The notes beneath the pieces are model-generated. The model had not been told where the DNA came from and did no database searches. It worked only from the letters and a program-made list of their open reading frames with translations. This document shows positions 1 through 8,520 of a DNA stretch of 41,309 nt, in pieces; within the stretch, counting starts at the first letter, position 1, and each line of letters opens with the position of its first letter. The stretch spans positions 1-41,309 of the forward strand of contig CAZHSJ010000001.1 of assembly GCA_964535225.1 (NCBI GenBank), in the 5' to 3' direction. Origin of the DNA: Uncultured Candidatus Berkiella sp. (GTDB lineage Bacteria > Pseudomonadota > Gammaproteobacteria > Berkiellales > Berkiellaceae). The translations under genes were made by a program, and so were the position numbers.

Positions 1-318
1 AGCCCAAATAGGAAACATGCATAAGGAGCTTTGCACCGATACAAAACTTCGTAACCCACTATCACCATACTCTAATTCCTGACAAGCCAAACCGTAGGCA
101 ATATTGCTTACCCCAGCTCCCCCAACCGACGTGGGCAGCGTCATGCCAAGCAAACCTAATTTCGCCACTTTTGGAATTAACTCTTTGCGAAAAAGTCCCT
201 TTTCATAATCATGTGCAATAGTCGGCATCACTTCATTTTTTACAAATTCGCGCACCGAATCTCGAATAAGTTTTTCTTCAACAGACAAAGCATTATCTAG
301 TAACAGAAAATCTTCCAT
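1..318 (-). CDS. Acyl-CoA dehydrogenase, glutaryl-CoA dehydrogenase-like (N-terminal part; runs off the window start)
   Basis: Manual translation from ATG at 318: MEDFLLLDNALSVEEKLIRDSVREFVKNEVMP...GLLGMTLP...YGLACQELEYGDSGLRSFVSVQSSLCMFPIWA. The ELE.GDSG.RS..SVQSSL.M.PI segment is typical of the GCDH branch. Starts 8 bp after the E1 gene stop. Not in the ORF track because it is truncated. Confidence 0.85.
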   Translation of the reverse strand, partial: MEDFLLLDNALSVEEKLIRDSVREFVKNEVMPTIAHDYEKGLFRKELIPKVAKLGLLGMTLPTSVGGAGVSNIAYGLACQELEYGDSGLRSFVSVQSSLCMFPIWA

Positions 319-326
319 ATGTGTTC

Positions 327-2513
327 CTATAATTTTTCAGATGCTAACACGGCATCGGTAATTTGCTTTACGCTTGGCAAAATAAATTCCCATGCTTTAC
401 CAAGGGGAATGAATGAATCATGCGCAGTTATTCTGTTTATTTTTGGGAAATGAAGATTTTTCTCAACAATAAGCGATATAATCTGTTCGCTAAGGCTTGC
501 TGTTTTTCGGCATTCATCTACAATAAACACCTGTTCACACGCTTGGATTTCTTTGAGCAAATCTGCTCCATTGATAGGCGCTAACCAGCGTAAATCAATT
601 AGTTTAACGTCGATGCCATGTTGTTCTTTCAAGATGAACGCTGCTTGTCTTGATAAAGCCATGCCATTACCATAGCTAATAATCACCTTATTACTATTGC
701 TATTTCCTTCAAGCCCTAATTCTCCAAACGCGATAGCTTGCTCTGGTTCGGGAAAAGCCATGAGCGCTAAATTATCATTTTCTTGCAACAGATCCTTTGC
801 CATATAAAGCGCAATAGGTTCGAGAAAAACAACCACACGTTTTGAGTATTGTGCCAAAGACACACTTGCGCGCAATAATCTAACCGCATCATTGGCATTT
901 GAAGGACAAACAATCACAATGCCAGGGATCTCGCGTAAAAAAGCAAAAGCATTATCATTATGAAAATGCCCCCCAAAACCCTTTTGGTATCCAAAAGAAG
1001 GAATACGTATTACCATGGGATTGGTGTACTGCCCTTTAGAGAAAAAGGATAAGGTAGAGGCTTCGCCCCGAATTTGATCAATCGCATTATGGGTATAGGC
1101 CAAAAATTGGATTTCGGGGATGGGAATAAAACCGTTGTGAGCAAACCCTATCGCTGTGCCTAAAATAGTTTGTTCATCGATAAGGGTATCGAAAACACGT
1201 GAAGGGCCAAATTTTGTTTGCAGATCGGCCGTCACGCGATAAACACCCCCTTTTTTACCCACATCTTCTCCAAAAATAACGGTATTAGGGTATTGTGCTA
1301 AAATTTCCGCCAAGGCAAGATTAAGGCTCTGCGCCATATTTTTTTTCAATTCGGTGTTATTTTTTTGTACAATCCGATTTGCTGATTTAACACTTGATAC
1401 AGCAGGAGGAATAATTGTAGAAATGACTTCATCTGCGCTGGATAACTTTGGCGCAGCCAAGGCTCGTATGGATGCTTTATTAACTTTCTCTCTTACCTGT
1501 TCATATAATTTAATAATATCTTCAGTGTTTAACCAATTCTCTTGGACAATGGTGCGCGCTGAATGTAGTAAGGGATCATCTAATTCTGTCTTTTCAATCT
1601 CTTCTATTTTTCGGTATTGTATTTCAATATCGGAACCTGCATGGCCCAGCAATCTTACCGTTTTAACATGCAAAAAAACAGGCTCGCTTTTTGCGCGCGC
1701 AAAATGCTCTGCCATTTTGGCTGCCTTGTAAACGTCGGCTAAATTGCAACCATCGCAGGAAATATAGTGTAAACCTTCTCTTTGTGAAAAAGTTCGCTCT
1801 ATCCAAGACGTTGGTGTTTTTACGGAGATCCCAAAACCATTATCTTCACAAACCCACACTAAGGGTAACTTTCTTCTTGCATAAAAAACCCATTGACTTG
1901 CATTAAAGGCGCCTTGCGCTGTGGAATGATTTACCGAGCCATCACCAAAGCTACATAACACCACGCTATCTTGTTTTAGTTTTGCAAATGCATTGTCTTT
2001 GAGTGTTTTTGCCGTGGTGATAGAAATAGCGGTACCTAAGGCTTTAGGTAAGTGCGATGCGATAGTACTGGTTTGTGGTGGAATAAGTAAAGGCACACTA
2101 CCAAAAACTTTATGTCGCCCACCGCTGATGGGATCTTCGCTTGAGGCAACTAAAGACAATATTTGATCATAGATAATATCGATATGGGGATCTTTTTTAG
2201 CGCGCTGGGCAACAAAGGCGCCACTCCTATAATGCAAAAAGGCGATATCATCTTTCCTAAAGGCTTGAGCAATGGCCGCATTTCCTTCATGACCACTGCT
2301 GCCGATAGTGTAATAACCTTTATTTTGCTCTTTTAAAATGCGAGCCATTAAATCCACATGACGGCTGATGAGTTGTGAATCAAATAGCGCTAAAAATGCT
2401 TCTTTGGTTAAATTGGCCTCTTGGGGGGTAGTTGTACTTTTGGCGATAGGGAAATCATGATGTCGCACATGGGATACAAAATTGTGATCGACGATTGATG
2501 CCCTATCTAACAT
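327..2513 (-). CDS. 2-oxoacid dehydrogenase E1 component, fused alpha/beta subunits (ThDP-dependent)
   Basis: Alpha-half motifs GHEG, HYRS, GDG...EDN (ThDP binding) and RLLGH. Beta-half motifs FGEDVG, RVFDT, PIPEIQF, GGHFH and DLRWLAP. 728 aa. Confidence 0.92.
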   Translation of the reverse strand: MLDRASIVDHNFVSHVRHHDFPIAKSTTTPQEANLTKEAFLALFDSQLISRHVDLMARILKEQNKGYYTIGSSGHEGNAAIAQAFRKDDIAFLHYRSGAFVAQRAKKDPHIDIIYDQILSLVASSEDPISGGRHKVFGSVPLLIPPQTSTIASHLPKALGTAISITTAKTLKDNAFAKLKQDSVVLCSFGDGSVNHSTAQGAFNASQWVFYARRKLPLVWVCEDNGFGISVKTPTSWIERTFSQREGLHYISCDGCNLADVYKAAKMAEHFARAKSEPVFLHVKTVRLLGHAGSDIEIQYRKIEEIEKTELDDPLLHSARTIVQENWLNTEDIIKLYEQVREKVNKASIRALAAPKLSSADEVISTIIPPAVSSVKSANRIVQKNNTELKKNMAQSLNLALAEILAQYPNTVIFGEDVGKKGGVYRVTADLQTKFGPSRVFDTLIDEQTILGTAIGFAHNGFIPIPEIQFLAYTHNAIDQIRGEASTLSFFSKGQYTNPMVIRIPSFGYQKGFGGHFHNDNAFAFLREIPGIVIVCPSNANDAVRLLRASVSLAQYSKRVVVFLEPIALYMAKDLLQENDNLALMAFPEPEQAIAFGELGLEGNSNSNKVIISYGNGMALSRQAAFILKEQHGIDVKLIDLRWLAPINGADLLKEIQACEQVFIVDECRKTASLSEQIISLIVEKNLHFPKINRITAHDSFIPLGKAWEFILPSVKQITDAVLASEKL

Positions 2514-2543
2514 AACTTATTCCATTAAGTTGTAAGATTTTAA

Positions 2544-2592
2544 CCCCCTCACCCGACACTTTGTGTCGACCTCTCCCCCTTAGGGGAGAGGT
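2544..2592. repeat. BoxC/REP-like GC-rich palindromic element (double hairpin)
   Basis: CCCCCTCACC, then CGACAC-TTT-GTGTCG (6-bp stem), then ACCTCTCCCC-CTTA-GGGGAGAGGT (10-bp stem). Matches the CCCTCACCC...CCTCTCCC...GGGAGAGG layout of BoxC-type repeats. Confidence 0.65.
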
Positions 2593-2620
2593 GAAAAGAG
2601 TATAAAGAAAGATCAAAAAA

Positions 2621-3304
2621 TCAATCTTTTACCGTTGATTTTTTGATCTCCGCCTTCATTGCCGCAATGGTTTTTTGATAATCCGGTGTTTGAAAAATGG
2701 CGCTGCCTGCCACAAAGGTATCCGCACCTGCTTTTGCAATTTCACCAATATTCTCAATCTTTACGCCGCCATCAATTTCTAAACGTATGGGTTTGCCGCT
2801 CTCATCAATGATTTTTCGCGCACGGCGCAGTTTATCAAGGGCACTGGAAATAAATTGTTGGCCGCCAAATCCTGGATTCACTGACATAATTAAAATCATG
2901 TCGATTTTATCCATCACATGTTCCAATACGCTTAGCGGTGTGGCTGGATTAAACACCAATCCTGCTTTACACCCATTTTCTTTAATCAGTTGCAAGCTTC
3001 TATCGATATGTTCACTTGCTTCAGGATGAAAGGTAATGTAGGTAGCTCCTGCTTTAGCAAACATGGGAATAATCGCATCAACGGGTTTAACCATTAAATG
3101 CACATCAATGGGTGCCAAAATACCATGCTTGCGCAAGGCCTCGCAGACTAAGGGGCCAATCGTTAAATTAGGCACATAATGATTATCCATTACATCAAAA
3201 TGGATAATATCAGCGCCTGCTTTTAGTACGGCGTTTACTTCTTCACCTAAGCGTGCAAAGTCAGCGGATAAAATGGAGGGGGCGATAGCAGCGGGTTGCA
3301 TCAT
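2621..3304 (-). CDS. rpe: Ribulose-phosphate 3-epimerase
   Basis: [44 protein letters not shown] and FVAGSAIF motifs. Confidence 0.98.
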   Translation of the reverse strand: MMQPAAIAPSILSADFARLGEEVNAVLKAGADIIHFDVMDNHYVPNLTIGPLVCEALRKHGILAPIDVHLMVKPVDAIIPMFAKAGATYITFHPEASEHIDRSLQLIKENGCKAGLVFNPATPLSVLEHVMDKIDMILIMSVNPGFGGQQFISSALDKLRRARKIIDESGKPIRLEIDGGVKIENIGEIAKAGADTFVAGSAIFQTPDYQKTIAAMKAEIKKSTVKD

Positions 3305-3351
3305 ATTTATTAAGTCTGTTGTTGGTTGATAAAGCGCTATTATGCCATTTT

Positions 3352-3921
3352 CTACTTCTCAAACCACACTCCAAAACTGGCCATGGCCAGATTAACGCCG
3401 CTGTTGGGTCGTTTAATTGAACAATTTGAATAATGATAGGCTCGCAGCGCAACATCATATTGATGTTGCTTTCCAAATCGAAAGCCAAGGCCTGCTTTGT
3501 CTTCAAATTGGAAATGTAGCGATAAAATACGACCCTGAATTTCTGTTTCAGACAGCCATGAAAGCCCAACTCCTAACTCAGCATAAGGAAGAATATGGCT
3601 TCCTGTAAAAGCTTGTTGCCGCTGCCAACGAAACATCGGGCCGGAGGTGAATGCATTAAGGTTGGTTGCCCTGCCTGGACCAAGATGCGGACGATCGGGG
3701 CTATTCCATATAGCGAAGCTACTTTCCCAAACCGCATTCAGGCCCCACAATTCTTGTTTACGCCAAATGGGGCCAAAATCCCATGAAAGTGCTAAACGAT
3801 AAGGTTGAATGTCTTGTATGCCTTGGCCGCTGCCAAAAGCAACGCCAATATCGGCGCTCGCTACTTTACTAAATAGAAAGGCGAGTAAAATTACGGTAGT
3901 TCGAATTATAACTAAAAACAC
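3352..3921 (-). CDS. pagL: Lipid A 3-O-deacylase PagL family (acyloxyacyl hydrolase) outer-membrane beta-barrel
   Basis: [16 protein letters not shown] and C-terminal HYSN.SIK.PN.G.N catalytic signature. Probable start is the GTG at 3921 (AAGGA upstream), giving a signal peptide ending VASA. The ORF track extends to 3987. Confidence 0.85.
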   Translation of the reverse strand: MFLVIIRTTVILLAFLFSKVASADIGVAFGSGQGIQDIQPYRLALSWDFGPIWRKQELWGLNAVWESSFAIWNSPDRPHLGPGRATNLNAFTSGPMFRWQRQQAFTGSHILPYAELGVGLSWLSETEIQGRILSLHFQFEDKAGLGFRFGKQHQYDVALRAYHYSNCSIKRPNSGVNLAMASFGVWFEK

Positions 3922-4146
3922 CTTGTTCTCGTCCTTAAGACCCAAAGGGGTTTCTTTCAGTCTAACTTGTATGCTGAAGAATTCCACCTTTTCTACAAAT
4001 CTTTGCTAAGATAGACCACCTCATCGTCCTTCGTATTTTTTAAAAAATGGATATGACAAGCAAATCAACTTATGTTAATATTCCAGCCTTTCTCGATTAA
4101 CTAGATTATTAACATCGGCTGTACATAGATGTAAAGGGAGACTGAC

Positions 4147-4713
4147 ATGCCAAGAGCAAGAAGAAATGACAAACGGGAGCGCTTAATTGAGGCCGCTGAT
4201 AAATTAATTTACGAGCAAACATTTCATACCACCACACTCGCCGACATCGCGAAATTAGCCGATGTTCCCCTTGGAAATGTTTATTATTATTTCAAAACCA
4301 AAGAAGCCATTATGGACGCTGTTTTACACAGACGCATGACTGAATGGCGAAATCTCTTCCAACAATGGGAACAAATCCCCGATATTAAACAACGTTTAAC
4401 TGCATTGTTGCACCATAATAACGCTCAATCAGAAACCTTAGCTCGTTTTGGTTGCGTTATTGGTAGCCTTTGCCAAGAACTTGGTAAGCAAGGCGGTGTC
4501 CTGGCAACAGCCGCTTCTAAGCTGATGGCAGACATCCTCAAATGGGTTGAATCACAATTCCGTGAAATGGGCAAAGGTGAGCGCTCAACTCAATTAGCAA
4601 CTTACTACTTAGCTGCCATTCAAGGGATGAACCTTTTGACTCTAACTTTCAAAGAGCCACAGTATATGGAACGCCAAAGTGAATCTTTGCAAGAATGGTT
4701 AGCGACCATTTAA
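4147..4713 (+). CDS. TetR/AcrR family transcriptional regulator (NemR/LmrA-like C-terminus)
   Basis: HTH TTLADIAKLADVPLGNVYYYFKTKE; C-terminal GCVIGSL motif; SD AGGGAG upstream. Confidence 0.93.
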   Translation: MPRARRNDKRERLIEAADKLIYEQTFHTTTLADIAKLADVPLGNVYYYFKTKEAIMDAVLHRRMTEWRNLFQQWEQIPDIKQRLTALLHHNNAQSETLARFGCVIGSLCQELGKQGGVLATAASKLMADILKWVESQFREMGKGERSTQLATYYLAAIQGMNLLTLTFKEPQYMERQSESLQEWLATI

Positions 4714-4748
4714 AACTCCACTTGAGATCTCATCGATTTTAAGTAACT

Positions 4749-4783
4749 CCACCCCAGTACCGATTTTGTTGGCATTGGGGTGG
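4749..4783 (+). other. GC-rich stem-loop after the TetR gene (possible atypical terminator or stabiliser)
   Basis: CCACCCCAGTACCGA-TTTTG-TTGGCATTGGGGTGG: 15-position stem with two G-U pairs and one mismatch on the + strand; no U-tract follows. Confidence 0.45.
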
Positions 4784-4916
4784 CTGGCCACCGGCATGTA
4801 TAAATTCAAATATCCATACTATATTGTAAGTTGAAGGAAACTTTGCACCCATTAGCGAGGCCTTTCAATTTGTGTTATGTAAATAGCAAAAATATCATGT
4901 CTACAGGGAACCACCT

Positions 4917-6794
4917 ATGAAAACGCAAGCGCACACTTTTGACATTATTGCCTTAGGGCAATCTTTTGTAGACTTGTTTGGCGAACAACAGGGCGCCAGC
5001 TTAAAAGACATGATGAGCTTTAAAAAGCACGTGGGGGGAATGAGTGCTTTTGCTTGTGGTTTTGCAAGACTTGGACTAAAAACCGCGCTTATTTCATCGG
5101 TAGGTCAAGATGATTTTGGGCAATTTATCCTAGAAAGCATGGCACACGAAAATGTTGATGTTAGCCAAGTGCAAGTTGATGCACGAAAACAAACGGCGTT
5201 AATGTTACGCGCTATGTTAAATCGTTTCTCATTTCCCACACTCACCCATAAAAATAATTGCGCTGATGTATTAGAAGAAGAAGCTGATCTGTGCTCCTCT
5301 TTTATAGGTAAATCACAAGCACTATTTATTACCAGTTCAAACTTTAATAGTAAGAACGCACAACGCATCATTAAGGAAGCCATTAGCGTTGCTAATCAGA
5401 AACAAACCAAAGTGATCCTTGCTCTTGATTACGTTGATGATAATAATCAAAACATCTTACTTAAAACCTTACCTTTTTGCTCATTGGTCATAGGAAATGA
5501 ATCAGATTTTGCTTATTTATCTGGTGAAAAAGATCCCTTTCATTCATTGTCATCACTACGCGCATTAACGAATGCTATTTTTGTGATGAAAAATAGTCAG
5601 GGATGCTTTGTCTTTTCACAAATCCCCCATGATCTAACTACGGCTCCCCATCATGCTGGGTTCCTGACAGATAAACTCATTCCCTTCACTTCTAAAGAGT
5701 CATTTATAACTGGCTTTATCTTTGGGTGGTTAAACGGATTTTCATCGGAAAAAAGTTGCGAATATGCGATGGCAAGTTTAGCCTTGACCCAATCTCGAGA
5801 AGAACATAGTGATAGCTTTCCCAATATGGATGCATTAAAAATATTTTTATCTTCCCAATCACAAGTAGTGCAAACCATCCGTACCCCCTTATTTGATCAT
5901 CTGCATTATGCGCAAACACGCGCTAAACCCCATGAACATCTTTTTACCTTTAGCTTTGGCCACCCACAAGTTTGGTCAAAACTTGCAGAAAGTGCCAATG
6001 TGGATGAAAATACCCTTACCAAAGCTAAAATGCTGATTGCTAGTGGCATTCAGCAGGCTGCCATGAAAAATCCTCATATTAGCCTTATGACACAGGCCGA
6101 TCCCCAAGAAGAAATTATAGATTCGCTCCCCTCACCCCATGTCTTAATGCGAAGCTTGGATGCGCCAGGTGTTATCCCCTTACAGATCCAAGGTGATGCA
6201 GATATTACGCATACCTTACTCACTTGGCCAAAGCATCATGCTGCCAAAGTAACGTTGGCTTATCATCCTGATGATAGATATGCGCTTCGCCAGCAACAAG
6301 AAGCAACGCTAAATCATTTATATTTGGCAACCAGAAGAACGGGACATGAATTAATTGTTGAGATCTCACCGCCCACCAACAGCCTAATTACCGCAAGCAC
6401 GATAAGCCATATCATGCAACGCATCTATGAAATTGGGATCTATCCTGATTGGTGGCAAATATCCCCCCCAAGAGATCTGAGAGCTTTTGAAAATATTTCG
6501 CGCGTTATCAGCGAAAATGATCGCTTCTGTCATGGTGTGTTGATGATGGCTCAGCATGCTACCTTTGAACAATTGCCGATCATCTTTAACGCTTGTGCAA
6601 AACAGCCCTATAGTAAAGGTTTTATTGTCGATAAGAGTTTATTCCATGTTGCACTTAACCAATGGTTAGCACAAAGCTTAAGTAATCAAGTGTTTGTTGA
6701 AACGGTTTGTCGCAATTTTGAAAAAGCAATTAGCATTTGGGAACAAACAAAGTCGCTTGCCATTGAGAAGGAAGAAGCCGCTAAAGCGATTTAA
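4917..6794 (+). CDS. iolC: IolC-like PfkB kinase fused to a DUF2090 aldolase-like domain; divergent, catalytic motifs apparently lost
   Basis: N-terminus DIIALG..VDLFGEQ.G..L.D..SF.K..GG...ARLGLK...S.VG.D.FG. C-terminal YHPDD..ALR..QE..L..LY.A....GHEL..E and IYEIGIYPDWW match the gammaproteobacterial IolC-DUF2090 fusion. The ORF is intact (625 aa). Confidence 0.8.
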   Translation: MKTQAHTFDIIALGQSFVDLFGEQQGASLKDMMSFKKHVGGMSAFACGFARLGLKTALISSVGQDDFGQFILESMAHENVDVSQVQVDARKQTALMLRAMLNRFSFPTLTHKNNCADVLEEEADLCSSFIGKSQALFITSSNFNSKNAQRIIKEAISVANQKQTKVILALDYVDDNNQNILLKTLPFCSLVIGNESDFAYLSGEKDPFHSLSSLRALTNAIFVMKNSQGCFVFSQIPHDLTTAPHHAGFLTDKLIPFTSKESFITGFIFGWLNGFSSEKSCEYAMASLALTQSREEHSDSFPNMDALKIFLSSQSQVVQTIRTPLFDHLHYAQTRAKPHEHLFTFSFGHPQVWSKLAESANVDENTLTKAKMLIASGIQQAAMKNPHISLMTQADPQEEIIDSLPSPHVLMRSLDAPGVIPLQIQGDADITHTLLTWPKHHAAKVTLAYHPDDRYALRQQQEATLNHLYLATRRTGHELIVEISPPTNSLITASTISHIMQRIYEIGIYPDWWQISPPRDLRAFENISRVISENDRFCHGVLMMAQHATFEQLPIIFNACAKQPYSKGFIVDKSLFHVALNQWLAQSLSNQVFVETVCRNFEKAISIWEQTKSLAIEKEEAAKAI

Positions 6795-6811
6795 GGTGAT
6801 TTAAGAGAAAG

Positions 6812-6937
6812 CGTTCTTTACCGCGGAAAGTATTTTGTCAAAGGACGACAGATCCTAAGTTCCTTACCGCGGGAAGTACAATTTCCGGAAACACTACGGA
6901 TCCTATGTTCCTTACCGCGGGAAGTATACTGGGAACA
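6812..6937. repeat. Three-copy tandem repeat (period 46/48 bp) with near-palindromic core GTTCYTTACCGCGGRAAGTA
   Basis: 20-nt cores at 6813-6832, 6859-6878 and 6907-6926. Copies 2 and 3 share 27 of 28 nt (GATCCTAWGTTCCTTACCGCGGGAAGTA, starting 6851 and 6899). Confidence 0.9.
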
Positions 6938-6940
6938 ATT

Positions 6941-6987
6941 TTTTTAGCCCCAGGAGTGTACATATTAGTACACGACTGGGGTAAAAA
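6941..6987 (+). other. Long intergenic stem-loop with tandem GA/GA internal mismatch
   Basis: TTTTTA-G-CCCCAG-GA-GTGTAC-ATATTA-GTACAC-GA-CTGGGG-TAAAAA: three 6-bp helices. Confidence 0.75.
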
Positions 6988-7025
6988 TAGGAAGCACATA
7001 TTTAGCAGCGAAAAAGGCGAAGCTG

Positions 7026-7829
7026 CTAATGCCAGGCGCGGTGCTTGCAAACAAGATCATACGCCGCCTGTATCCTCTGCGCCTTCTCTGTGGCCACTTT
7101 AATCATTTCATTGGGTAGGCCTTTGGCGAGCAGTTTATCGGGGTGATGTTGGCTCATAAGCTTTCGGTAGGCTTTTTTTACTTGGGCGTGGGTTGCGTTA
7201 TCTTGAACACCGAGCAATGAAAAAGCTTGGGCTAATTCATCCTGCGGGTGTTTGGTAACGGCATGCTCTTGTTGTTCATAAGAATAGGTGCGCTGGGTAT
7301 AGCGTTGTGCTTCCATTTGCAAAACAACAGATTGTGGCACTTTTAATCTATCACATAGAATCATCAGCACTTGGTGTTTTAATCTATTGGGTTGACCATC
7401 GACAAGGGCAGCTTGAATTTGGATCTCGACAAATAGCTGCACCAATTGTGGCTGACGTCCACAATACTTAACAAAGTGATCTAACGCTGTGTTGAAGTTA
7501 AATTGCGGCGATTTTCCTTGGTTAAAAAACTCGATAGCATTCAACTTCTGCTCAGGGTTTAGCTGTAGGTGCGCCATGGCTTCTCTGGCAACTTGAATTT
7601 CCCTTTCACTGATTCGCCCATCTAATTTGGCAATATATCCCATCATGGTGAAGGTTGTTTTAAAAAAAACTTTTTTGGACAATTCCACATCAGGCAATTT
7701 TTCAGCCTGCATGTTTAAACTAAGCCCCCTATCGAAAAAATGTCCAATTAACATGCCAACAGCAAAGCCAAGGGGCCCATAAATAAGGTAACCAAAGATA
7801 GCACCAAAAATTTTGCCATAAAAGTTCAT
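7026..7829 (-). CDS. djlA: Co-chaperone DjlA (membrane anchor, TerB-like domain, J domain)
   Basis: N-terminal GKIFG...GHFFD anchor, MGYIAKLDGRISEREI, J domain with VKKAYRKLMSQHHPDKL. Confidence 0.96.
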   Translation of the reverse strand: MNFYGKIFGAIFGYLIYGPLGFAVGMLIGHFFDRGLSLNMQAEKLPDVELSKKVFFKTTFTMMGYIAKLDGRISEREIQVAREAMAHLQLNPEQKLNAIEFFNQGKSPQFNFNTALDHFVKYCGRQPQLVQLFVEIQIQAALVDGQPNRLKHQVLMILCDRLKVPQSVVLQMEAQRYTQRTYSYEQQEHAVTKHPQDELAQAFSLLGVQDNATHAQVKKAYRKLMSQHHPDKLLAKGLPNEMIKVATEKAQRIQAAYDLVCKHRAWH

Positions 7830-7833
7830 AAGG

Positions 7834-8520
7834 CTAGTGATTCAACTTATTCAAAAGCGGCATCGATTTTTCTAATGTATGTAATCGTTCAATGGTACCA
7901 ACATCCGTCCATTCACCATTAAAGTGCTCACCATATAATTCACCCGCTGCACTTGCTTTATCAAGATAGGGTGCTAAGCGAAAGGCGGTTCCCCGAATTG
8001 CGTCTTTAAATAGCAAGGGACTTAACACTGAAATACCTGAATAGGTATAGGTTGGCAAGTTTGTGCTTCGAATTAATCGATTGTTTTCAATAAGCGCAAA
8101 ATCCCCTTTTTCGTTATGTAAAGGATTTTTCACTAATACTAAATAGGCTAATCCTTTAGCTTTATGCTTTAAGGTGTCAAAAGAATAATCTGTCCAAATA
8201 TCACCGTTAACAATGACAAACGGTTTATCTTCGAGTAAAGGAAGTGCCTGACAGATCCCACCACCTACTTCGAGTTCAGTCGTTTCTACTGAATAGGTAA
8301 TATCAACGCCAAACGCATGCCCATTGCCAAGATAGTTTTGAATTTTTTTACCTAAGTGTCTCACGTTAATGATAATTTCTTTAAACCCAGCTTGTGATAA
8401 ATTTTCAAGGTGATAAACAATAAGTGGTTTATTGCATACTTTGACAAGCGGTTTTGGACAGGTGTCGGTGAGAGGTCGTAAGCGCTTTCCTTCGCCTGCC
8501 GCTAAAATCATTGCTTTCAT
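7834..8520 (-). CDS. murU: N-acetylmuramate alpha-1-phosphate uridylyltransferase
   Basis: MKAMILAAGEGKRLRPLT...PKPL, VNGDIWTD and WTDVGT motifs; translationally coupled to amgK. Confidence 0.9.
   Translation of the reverse strand: MKAMILAAGEGKRLRPLTDTCPKPLVKVCNKPLIVYHLENLSQAGFKEIIINVRHLGKKIQNYLGNGHAFGVDITYSVETTELEVGGGICQALPLLEDKPFVIVNGDIWTDYSFDTLKHKAKGLAYLVLVKNPLHNEKGDFALIENNRLIRSTNLPTYTYSGISVLSPLLFKDAIRGTAFRLAPYLDKASAAGELYGEHFNGEWTDVGTIERLHTLEKSMPLLNKLNH

Noticed and set aside
6812-6937. Calling the three repeats a bona fide CRISPR array
   Set aside because: Only three copies, unequal period, linkers of about 18-20 nt that resemble each other (TTT...AAA...AC.AC), and no cas genes or clear leader in the window.
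6838-7102. Short ORFs over the repeat region (6838-7050 minus with LPAVRNxGSVV twice; 6905-7102 plus)
   Set aside because: The peptide repeat follows from the 48-bp period. The first unit is out of frame (46 bp), both ORFs overlap djlA and neither has a convincing SD. The few third-position-like differences are too few to prove coding.
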